A DNA stretch of 64,000 nucleotides. It comes from Phoronis australis (taxonomy: Eukaryota > Animalia > Phoronida). Location of the stretch: assembly GCA_002633005.1 (NCBI GenBank), contig NMRA01000064.1:1046420-1110419 (forward strand), read 5' to 3'. The notes below the pieces were generated by a model, which ran no database searches, had not been told where the DNA came from, and worked only from the letters and a program-made list of their open reading frames with translations. The position numbers and the translations under genes are program-made. Shown here one piece after another: positions 25,061-36,200 of the stretch; the first letter of the stretch is position 1, and every line of letters begins with the position of its first letter.

Positions 25061-25569
25061 NNNNNNNNNNNNNNNNNNNNNNNNNNNNNNNNNNNNNNNN
25101 NNNNNNNNNNNNNNNNNNNNNNNNNNNNNNNNNNNNNNNNNNNNNNNNNNNNNNNNNNNNNNNNNNNNNNNNNNNNNNNNNNNNNNNNNNNNNNNNNNNN
25201 NNNNNNNNNNNNNNNNNNNNNNNNNNNNNNNNNNNNNNNNNNNNNNNNNNNNNNNNNNNNNNNNNNNNNNNNNNNNNNNNNNNNNNNNNNNNNNNNNNNN
25301 NNNNNNNNNNNNNNNNNNNNNNNNNNNNNNNNNNNNNNNNNNNNNNNNNNNNNNNNNNNNNNNNNNNNNNNNNNNNNNNNNNNNNNNNNNNNNNNNNNNN
25401 NNNNNNNNNNNNNNNNNNNNNNNNNNNNNNNNNNNNNNNNNNNNNNNNNNNNNNNNNNNNNNNNNNNNNNNNNNNNNNNNNNNNNNNNNNNNNNNNNNNN
25501 NNNNNNNNNNNNNNNNNNNNNNNNNNNNNNNNNNNNNNNNNNNNNNNNNNNNNNNNNNNNNNNNNNNNN
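25061..25569. other. Assembly gap (run of N)
   Basis: About 509 N, flanked by repeat-derived sequence. Confidence 1.
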
Positions 25570-27006
25570 ATTCTTAACAAATTTGTCGTATTTAAAATAG
25601 TCTTCAAATGCCAAAAAGACCAAATCCGTTTTTCGTGTTGGCAATAATGACGGGATTGCTTTGGAAATCGTCTTAAGATAAGGTTTGGCAAAGAGAGTAT
25701 TGCGAGTTTCTGAGTGATTCACTAAGGCTTCGATTAAAATTCACATCTTACCAGCAGCTTCTGTTTTTTCATCGTCACTCATTTTCCATTTTCTTTAAAA
25801 AATGAAGTAAATTTTCTTCACTGCAAAGTGGAGCAGACGACGGAAACGGAGTCGTAGTGCGCAGCGCCTGGGATATCGCTGCAGAGCCTATACTTACTAG
25901 CCATGATATTTCCGTTACGAATGCGCCGTGTTCCGAATTTGACACTTGAAATTGGATTTGAGCCACTCAGAGCCATCTGTTCCCGGTACTGACAGTAGGA
26001 TATAGGCTACTCCACAACCTCATAAGCTATTTTACAGTTAATTACTGAAGTTGTAATAAATATTTACTCGCTTCTCACAATATTATACATCATGGCAAAT
26101 GATAATGTCCATCACCTGATTGACTGGTATCAAAATGGTTTTTGCCATTTTGACTTTTTTACCTGCATAGTCTTCCTAGTGAACACCCAAGTACATTTAT
26201 GGTGCAGGATTCTGTATTTTCATTGATACTAAACCTCCGGTATGACTGCTAACTAGTATTACTTACTTACTATAAGAGAGTTAAAGTGAACGTATTCAAG
26301 AAAAATTATCATGGATGTCAATTGTCCAATTTATAAATAATGCATTAGTAAAGAACATATATTGTCCTAAGTTTTACACCCAATTTACACAGCATGCGTC
26401 CAAATCCCCAAAATCACATATCATTATAAATAGGTTTTCAAACATTACACAAAATGTTAAAAGAAGTATCATGATCAAGTTAGATTCTCTGTGGACAACT
26501 TAACAAATAAATAATACAACTTTGCCCTCAACACAGTAAACACCCAGCAGCTGAATTTAAGCATCTCAATTTCACAATTCAAAATCTAAGATGCAGATTG
26601 CTGTACACCAATGACTGGGAATCACTATTAGCATTAACATCATTAGAATACAAAGCTGGCCCATTCCATATGTACCCTGTGATAAGTAACAAGGTACAAC
26701 AACTGTTGTACCAACTGCAGTGCTAATGCCCAGTGGGATTTTTTTGCATTGAGACACACATTTGCTGGGATTCTGAGTTCCTTCAAATTTAGCAGGATTG
26801 ATTCCAGGAAATTTTATTCATGAGGTGACCACTATTTATGCAATTGAATTCTAAGCCAGAATGCTTTCTTGACCAATGGCAGTAATTCAGCTTTTGGTGC
26901 GACACAATACTCATTCAATAAACTACTAAATACTGTTGTAAATATAGACGCTGACCTTGGCCAATAGTGAATTAAATAAAGACAGAAAAGTCAGGAATCC
27001 CAATCA

Positions 27007-27084
27007 GGAATCCCAACCGGGAATCGAACCACAGGTCTCTAGATTGCTGATCTAGTGCTCTTACCACTGACCTACTGAGGAGCC
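27007..27084 (-). pseudogene. tRNA-derived sequence (SINE head or tRNA pseudogene, AGC anticodon-like loop)
   Basis: Minus strand ggctcctcagtaggtcagtggtaagagcaCTAGAtcAGCaaTCTAGagacctgtggttcgattcccgg has A box, B box and a paired anticodon stem, but the acceptor stem pairs poorly. Confidence 0.55.
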
Positions 27085-29778
27085 AATATTAGTGCAATTA
27101 CTGTTTGCAGCCAACTGTTATGTCATCCATCCCATGAGTCCTGTATGGCCTTTTTCCCACAAGAGTTGGACAATTATGTTATCAACAATTCAAATAATGT
27201 TATCAGTCTACCATAACAGAAGTCTGTTCAAGGTACATGTATGCCAATACGGGCTACATATCTTGCACGGATTCTCATTGCATGGGGACACAGTGGACTA
27301 CAAAAAGTGAAAAGATTATTGCAAAATTTTTGGAGTCTGAAACACATGATAACACTACTACCAATACCACCCTAAGTTCCTCTTGTGTGGAGCAAGATGA
27401 TTATCCCAACAGTACTAAGAAACTTTAAAGCTGCATTTGGTCCCCATTTAGCCATAAATTTGAATTCTGAAACGAAGCGCTTTGAGGTTTGAAAACCACC
27501 AGCACCCTCAACTAATCTTGAATTGTTGCTGTAAGAGCTGGCAATGCATGTATGTGCCATTTTGAATCTGCAGTTTTAGAACTTTCAAGCATTTTCCGAG
27601 ATGATGATGGTTTTGGTTTTCTTGCTGATAACGGAAATAGAATCCCATCATAGTAAAGAATATTGATAGATTATTTTGTGAGAGTAAAAAGACAGCTCAA
27701 CAGGGCAAAATGTAGCTTGAACACTATAACACGAGACATTCGTTACACTCTCTTTCATAAGAAAGCATCTTATCACAATTGCCTATAATCAATGTCCATG
27801 ATCATTGTGCTCAGCAAATTTTGATTCTATCAAACTATATTTTCAAAATCCTTGAAGTTTTCTGAGACCTACTACATTACATAAAAACATGTTACTCAAC
27901 ATAAAAACATGTTATTCAACAGCAATTCTTCACAGATTGACTAACTTCTACAGGCATCAAATGTTTTGCACAATGCACAATATCTGTTTCTTGATTTAAT
28001 GATTTCTTTACAGAAGTAATATTCATAAAAACATTTCAAGGAAGCAGACCAGCACTTTGTAACCAATGTAGACAGTTATCTCAGACAAGTAACACAGTAC
28101 ACAGTCTAGAGCAAAGAAATGCATTGTATTCAAAACTTTCCAGGTACCAGTAGTGAAGGTTGACTAGAAAAATGAGTCAATATTTTCACTTCTTAAATCA
28201 CTTTCGAAAGAAATCACTAACAGAGATCAGAACTACTGTGAATGGATGACATTTCTATAAAATTACAAGAAAATAATATTGACTCATTTTCAGTTTATCC
28301 ACACACTGCAGGAAGGAGAAATGTCCAAAAATCACAATCTGTATGACTTGGCTTCATTATTATTTTCCTGTACTCAAATCCATTTCAATTCTGTACACAG
28401 AGATGATGGCGAAAGTTAATCTGAAATCAAAAGCATAACACTTTTTAAATGATAAAATCATTAGATTGTCAGTTCACCACTCATTCTGCCTGTAATCACA
28501 ACATTGACTCATTACAAAACCAAAGTTTTTATATCACAGACAAAATGATCAAAACCTCCACACATTCAAGAGGAGTCTGTGCAGTTTGTTCACGACCTGA
28601 CCTACAGATGGCATGAAAGTAGCAGAATGATATGGGTTGAATCGGTAGTCACCAAAGATGAGGTCATATCCATATGAAAACATCATCCTACACACGACTT
28701 CCTAGATCATGCTTATCTCTTCACTGATATCTCACAATTTCAATCTTCCAGTCCATAAATAACATTGATACATTCCCTGTCTACTACCTCCGCAAAATCC
28801 CAATTATACATATACATTAAACTATCACCGTGAACGATCCTATTTCCGCTTCTGCGCGGTCCTGCGACATCTAGCATTGAAGTTTCCAGCGTTCGCCTGC
28901 TCACGAATGTCAAACAAATACCCAGACATGTTGATTTATAATCACAACATTATTACAAACAGTGAGTGTGGGTGGTTTCTTTTTTCAAATGTATTTTAAA
29001 AACATATTTCACTAGTCCATTTTTGTACATTTTCAAAATATATTTTTGAAACTATACATTGTTCAGATTTGCATGTGCTCCAGGGGTAACTTGAACAATG
29101 TATCAAAATGTCCCAGGGTCGATCAAGTTTTGTAAAGCCAAGTAATAAAATACAGTGAGATAATTGATGCTGGGTTCTTGAATTTACGTAAACATCCTCA
29201 TTGAAAATGTCTGTGCACATCGGAGTTGGGTGCAAAACACATAGCAATTTATTTCAACCGAAACTGAATTAACAAACAGTGTAAAGCATTTTTATGTCGC
29301 CTAGAGAAACTAAGCACTGTAGTTGATTTGTGTGGCCTTACTTCGAGCATTTCCATCTAAACAAAACGATCACGACTTAAGGGCCTCATTCAAAATGGCC
29401 AGCAATATGAGTGGCCCTTTCAAAATTCTGCTCACGGAGATAAACACGGGTTAAGACTGGAAAAAACATGTATATTTGTGAAGGCTGATATATATCCATG
29501 ACATCACATGAGAAGTTGCTAACGGACATTGGGTAGAAGTACAATCAGCTGCTTTTTATACTTATATTCATGACTTTAAGTCACCGGAGTCTACTTTGCC
29601 AAAAATCTTTAGGCGTTTCAAGTGCTTATAAGAGCTTCACCGTCTGTAGTTCAACTAGAGACAATCAGTGGTCACTGACACTGTCTCTGCATTGGCTGCA
29701 TATCATACTGTGTTCATAAAAAACTGACAGTATGCAGCCACCTTTTATCGCTTAAGCCTAATACCTGCAATTGTTCCA

Positions 29779-30081
29779 TTAATCGTCATCTTCGTCAGGT
29801 ACAAATATTTCGTTTTCCTCTAGCCAAGCCGCCCCCGTTTCTGAGATCTTTGCTCCAATGAGAACGAAAGGAACAACAACTAAAACTAGTCGTGTTAAGC
29901 CAAAAGAAACTTTCTCTGGTTTTGATAGAACGCCTCCACTTTCATTGAAGATTGCAAGTTTAGCTTTTGAAGTAGACACAGGTCGAAAAGAGGTGGAAAA
30001 CATTGAAAATGTTTTCATGAAGTTTTTAGTAAACACTCGGGAAGCCATATTTAACGTTTTACGGTAACGCTTTAACGACAT
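29779..30081 (-). CDS. SMDT1: Essential MCU regulator EMRE (mitochondrial calcium uniporter subunit); intronless CDS, start at 30081 or 30048
   Basis: Basic, Ser-rich targeting-like N-terminus. SGGVLSKPEKVSFGLTRLVLVVVPFVLIGAKIS...AAWLEENEIFVPDEDDD matches the EMRE PxKxxFGL motif, single TM and acidic FVPxDDDD tail. Confidence 0.92.
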   Translation of the reverse strand: MSLKRYRKTLNMASRVFTKNFMKTFSMFSTSFRPVSTSKAKLAIFNESGGVLSKPEKVSFGLTRLVLVVVPFVLIGAKISETGAAWLEENEIFVPDEDDD

Positions 30082-30267
30082 TAAATAATGTAATGAGATT
30101 CATTTAAAGCGTTAACATTTTTAAAACAGTGAATGTAAAATACTTTTAAGCCAAAACTGAAGTGTTTTTTATTAATTAATTTATACTTTATGCCTTTTTT
30201 TAAAGCTTTTGAGTTGTAACTAATTGTCGTAATTTGTTTTGCGCGCCATCTGAAGTTCTTTTTGCGA
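30082..30267. promoter_or_regulatory. Putative bidirectional promoter between SMDT1 and UBE2O
   Basis: Divergent start codons are only ~190-225 bp apart. The spacer is AT-rich with one ttttgcgcgccatct GC motif at ~30237-30251. Confidence 0.55.
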
Positions 30268-30273
30268 ATGACA

Positions 30274-33200
30274 ATGGCTGAAAACACGGGCGAGTGTTTC
30301 ATTTTCGAGGAGGACGAGGTTTTCAGGGAAGCAAATCACGGTCTGCGCTTTGGCGTAGTTGTGCGGTCGTCCGAGTATTTAAGCAGTGATGAAGATGACG
30401 AAGACTCCCCTGGATTGCTAAAAAAGGGCACACTAAGAGTTGCCTGGCACCCGAGTGGACACGAAGAAACTGTTCCACAGAACAAGGTGAGAACTTATCC
30501 TTGGCTTAGGCCTACTTATTTCTGTGCGTTCAGACCAAAAGGAGGCAATCACCAGAAACTTGATCATGCATGCTTTAGCAAGATTGCATTTGGAAAGTTC
30601 ACCTTTTCAGAGCTGACGCGTCACGCCCAGGGGTACAATTTTGACCTCGAGGGCCTGGCCATTCCTATTGACTATTGACTTGTACACAAATGATCAAATG
30701 CGGAATTTAATTTTAAAATTCCTGGATCTGCTCACAATGTGTCTCACTTCATTAAGTTCCAGTTTTGGGAACTGTCAATTTATGAGGGTCATGTTTTGGA
30801 GAGGTACACTTCTCCACTTTGGAAGGTATTGGAACAGTCTCTAAAATCCGGGAAACTGAAACTCACACCTAAATTGAATTTTCTTGATTTTGAAGATTGG
30901 GACATGGGCGATTTTGATATTTGTCATATTTCTCAAATATTGGACACTGTGTTTTGTTTCAACAAAATTTTAGAATAGACTTGGTCCTTCACTTGTCCTC
31001 TTGTGTGTATTTTGGGATTGTCGTTGCTTATTTCTAAAATTTTATACTAGCAAAATAGTTAATTTTTCACTGTTCCAAACTGGAGAGTTTAATATCAACT
31101 AAATTTTCTTTTCCCTTTTGTAGGTCAAGCTGGCTGATCGATCATTAATGCCGGGGGATGTTGTGCGTCGATTGATTGCAGGACAAGATAGCCAGCGTGG
31201 TTATACACAGAATCTCAGAATACTGTGTCATGCTCAGATTAAGGGGACTAATGATGTCATATTAAACATAAGCTCATCTGATCTTGTTAACATTGTCGTG
31301 AGTAAAAATGGGGGACCTGCACATTTATGTTTGCTGCCAGGATCGCTAGAAGCGTGGGTATTTCTAGTTGCTGTATTCCCTGTGTTTTTACAGTGATTGT
31401 TTATTGTTGGGTTTAAGAAATTACAAGTCCCTATATCTTATTTCGCAACCAATGCTGGGCAAATGGGTGCCAATCACTTCATTTCAAATATATGTTGTGT
31501 TGGAATGCTTAAAATACATCAGGGGGCTTCAGGAAGTCTTTGTCAAACAAACAAGTTTCCAACAAATACCATTCTTATACCAATCCGTAGCATATGAAAA
31601 TCTGGTAACAAACAAATCTAGCTCATAGCAAATACATGGGAAGCTTGCAACTGGAATGAACGAGGCTTCTAGCAATGATAATCATAATGGTGAAATTAAT
31701 GTGCACGTCCCTCAATACTTCCTGCTTATATTGAATGTATGGCTCTTCCCTCACCTAACGTGTATAACTTAGATTTCATGCAAGCATTAACTTTGCTCTT
31801 CATTTATACTAATTCAATGTCTAAAATCTGTTAATGATGTCATTGGTTTGCTTCCTGAGACCCAAAATCTGAAATGAATGAGAATAAAACAACTTTGAGT
31901 TGATTGAACTCGTCAAAACTGCCTTCTACCTATGAGCATCTCGGGCACCCATAACACAGCTAGATTGTTTCAACAATTCTGGTTAAAGCTGAACTGATTT
32001 CAGAATTGATGAATTATACCCTTTTACAAATACACAGTAAAACAAAATAAATCTTGCACAAAACTGTATGTCAGTGAGAGCTCCGTCAATCTGATTTTAA
32101 ACCTGTTGTCTCCTGCAGAAGTGCCTTCACCAAAATTTGGTGGTTCATTCTAAAACCTTGCTTCATAGGGTTATTATGACCTTAAAAAATGTGTTTGTGT
32201 TTGCAGGATTGGCCTACGGAACCTGGTCATGTGACATTAAATAGTTGGGTTGGTAGAGTAACTGAAGTCAGTAGCAAATACACGCTGTCTTTCCCTGATG
32301 GTGCAAGGTATGTGTAAATTCTCGGGCCATCGGAGGCTTCTTGTTCCTGCAAGAACTCCAAGTGCCATTAGTTTTTGACATGGCTTGCATAGAGGCCTTG
32401 TTTAAAGTGCAAACTACAAGTCTGGCTTTTCATATGGGTACCACTTTAAAGTTGTTATGAAAAATCATTATGAAATGTAATGCATGGGCTTCTATTGACA
32501 AAAACCTGACTAAGATGATGATTTTCCTTGAGTTTCGAGTGCTGCTATGCTCCTTAGTGTCATTTCTTAATATTTTTTTTTGCTTTTACCTCAATATTGA
32601 TTGATTTTGATAAAGGGTATTCATGAAATTTGGCTTGTAATGTTTATTCAGGATAGAGCAGCGCTTGTGCATTTGTTCTGTGCCCCTTAGTGGTAATTTC
32701 ATTTAGTTTAGTATTCAGTTTTGCTATCCATCTCTCTATCTCTGAAACCACTTAAGGAATCACCATGACTAATCAGTTTTTATTGTGGTGAGCATGTTTT
32801 GCATCGATTATTGGATGGGTGCCACTGCAGCAGTGCCCTCCAGTGGTAATTTCAGTTTTCCTTGCATCAATCAATTTCATGTCTACAAGTGCTGTTCACT
32901 CTACTGTGTGGAAATGTTTGAAAAATGATCATCCTGACATCTTAGCCATTTTCGGTGCATTACTGCACACACATATCAATGCTCTGTGTTCCTCTCCTTG
33001 TGACGTTGACCTCATTAACGCGTTACTTTGTCATATTTACAGGTGTACATGTGATGATGATTGCATTGTGGAGTTTGAAGATCTGTTTGACAAGAGAGGA
33101 GTTGTGAGTCTTCTTTATCATTGCTATGATTTGGTCACAAAGCTTGGTTTGAGTTGTGAGTCTTCCTTATCATTGCTATGATTTGGTCACAAAGCTTGGT

Positions 33201-36200
33201 TTGAGTTGTGAGTCTTCCTTATCATTGCTATGATTTGGTCACAAAGCTTGGTTTGAGTTGTGAGTCTTCCTTATCATTGCTATGATTTGGTCATAAAGCT
33301 TGGTTTGAGTTGTGAGTCTTCCTTATCATTGCTATGATTTGGTCACAAAGCTTGGTTTGCTGAGATAAGTAGATGAAATGTTTTAGCAGTGAAATGAGAA
33401 TTAAATGCACGAGGATGCCAGTATTACCTCAGACTGTTCTGATGTTTGATGTCTGGCATCACATTAAATAAATTTCAGATTCTGAAGGTGTTGCAGCTAT
33501 ATACATATAATATTTTCCACCCACTTAGTTCTGATCTAATTGAAATTCTCCTTTAGTCTTGTACATTCAACGGCCACCTGGACAACTATGTAGGGCAAAG
33601 GTTAAAGGGTGAAGCTGGTGACCTGAAGGGCGTGACGTGGTTAAAGACAACCCGTCTTCATTCAGAGTGGGCGGCAACTGCCAAACCAAGCAAGCCTGTA
33701 TTCCCTGCTATTGAACTCATAGAAACTTCAAGTGTTCAAGTCAACTGGCTGTACTGTGGCTTTGGTGGAAGCACCTCAGAGAGCGGTGCTCCCCCTAGTA
33801 AAGTTACTGGGGAGAACTTGTCCAGGTGAGTGATTATCCCAAGTGCAGGAATATTATAGGACGATGTTTTCTTCTGATACAGTATATGTCAAACGTAATC
33901 GGACAAAATGCCGTATCAGCTGTCGTGATTAGCAACTCTTTGTTATTTTGTGATTCTGCACGGTCAGCAGAAGGTCCTGGTTTCGAACCCCGATCGGGGT
34001 AGTGATCTTTTCAGACTTAACTATAGGTCACGTGATGTGGCCAAGATATGGTGTATATGAAGCCCAATAATTCTTACTTACACGATATTGATGCGCTCAT
34101 GTATAATAACACAGCTGATGCATGTCTATCAATTCTCAAAGTAACAACGTGATCTAATTTTAGTGATTTCACGTTTTATAAATTGATTGACGGGTTCTAT
34201 GTTATGAACTTTAATGTAGAATTAAATTTCTTTTTAGGTTGCGACTTCTGAATGCTTTTGAGAACTGTGAAAGTCAGATTGGTGATATTTACTTCTACAC
34301 TGTTAAGAAGGAGGATTGTATTAAGTCAGTAGCTAAATCAAAGAAGAAATCCTACATTCATTATGTGCTGAAAGACATAACAGACTGTTTGCTTCCCAAG
34401 CAAGTTCTATCAAAGGATCTTTCGGCTACACAAGCAGAAAATATTAAAAATGTGTTGATGGGTCAGCAAGCCAAATCAGAAACACTCGCCAAAAATGAAA
34501 ACATGGATTGTGCAAAGGGAACTTTTGAAGGTCATGAACCTTCCATTTGTGAACAATCAGGGTTGGAGAATCAAGGAGAGTTGAATGAGTCCTGTGTTGG
34601 TGCTGAGGGTTTGGCTGTTGATGATTTTGGTAAGAGAGAAGGGATGGACAATCATGATGATGAATACGAAGATGTGGCTGATGAAAGTGATGCCGACTCT
34701 GTAGCCTCTGCGACTTCTGCTGCATCAAATACATCTTCTCAGAGCCAGTCTACTTCTCAGGGTCAACCTAGTGGTAAAAGGAGGTAAAGGAACACTGTTT
34801 TGTATTAAAACGTCACTCATCACTCCTGATGTATGTTCATTAGTTTTACAAATTACAGTTTTTGCCAACTAACGAGCACAGTGAAGTCCAAGGTAATGAC
34901 TCCTAGCTCATCTTTGCTGGTCTGCAGAGCTGGCTGAACAACCAGCCTTCGACTGTTCTCTGGCTTGTTTCCAACCAGATTTTCGAGAAATTTACCAGGT
35001 GCTGTATTTTTCCTGATAAATCACATTTGATTTAAGCCAGAACAGAAGCACAAACTTTAAAATTAGCGCATAAGTAAATAAGGACATACCTATCCAATCC
35101 AACGCTTAATGAAATAAACCGAAACGTTGGATTGGATAGATATGACATTATTTACTTATGCGCTAATTTTAAGTTTCGTGTTTTTCCTGATTTCCTTCAT
35201 ATTTTTCATAATAACTTTGACAAAGCTCATCAGACTCCAGGCACAGACTCTGTGCCACGTTTTAAAAACCAACTGCAGCATAACATGATCTCTCCATATC
35301 TGAGTAGGTGTCATGGCAAAAAACCTTTCCTCTGAGGTTCAAGTATGACTGTTGTTAACTGTTAAACGTTAAACGTGTTTTACAGAGGCTTTCGTAAAGG
35401 TGGCATTTTGCAGACAAAACTGATGAAAAAGAAAGGCAAGCCATCAAAATCGTGTGAAAGACCCAAACCAGTGGAGCCTGCTGTTTACTTTGAAGGTCAA
35501 ACAGTTGCTGTAGAGATCATCTGGACATCTACACTTGTTGACGTTATGTGGCAGGCAAGAAATATTAAAGCCTAACTTCAACGGAATTTTGTTATCTTAG
35601 ATGTACTGAACTATTAAACCAGATAGTCCAAGCAAAGCCTTAGTAAAATTAGAAAATGCGAGTTCAGTCACGCAAATGTAAGCCTGTTAAATGATTAGTG
35701 AAGCCGACTTTTTGTGCCATGTTGCATCACCGTTAGATGCCAGCACAAACGACAAAAGGCCGATAACAGTTTTATTGAATGGGTCTGGATAGAACACCCT
35801 TGCGTGTGGGTGTTATTAGCAGCTGTTTGAATTAAAAGGCGATTCTTGCAGTGACATAGACAAAAGCAAGCTAGTACGCCTAACAGTTTGTTACATTTGG
35901 CAATTTATGGCACTAGTGGACTCAGAGCAATGCAGGAAGCAAGTTTATAGGTGTCCACATTCACGATAGGCTTTAAGTGCGCCATTGTCAAACTGAATTG
36001 CAAATCATTCTTCTCCTTCCATGCATCAGCACTGTCTTCATTCCTTATCATGATCCATTCATCTGAGGTTGCTTACTAGGTTGTGAAACATGTTCATGCA
36101 TATTTTGAACCTATAGTGACTCAAAGTTTTTAGCATTATAAATGTTTGGTGAGATGAAAGCAATTTAGGTATTGTTGCAATGGTTGTCATGGCTACGTGA

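Noticed and set aside
24883-25722. Long ORFs of 183-258 aa
   Set aside because: Artefacts of translating through the N gap.
27007-27084. Functional tRNA-Ala gene
   Set aside because: The acceptor and T stems pair poorly. Retained only as a tRNA-derived repeat or pseudogene.
33099-33358. Possible CRISPR array
   Set aside because: Head-to-tail units without spacers, and no cas genes.
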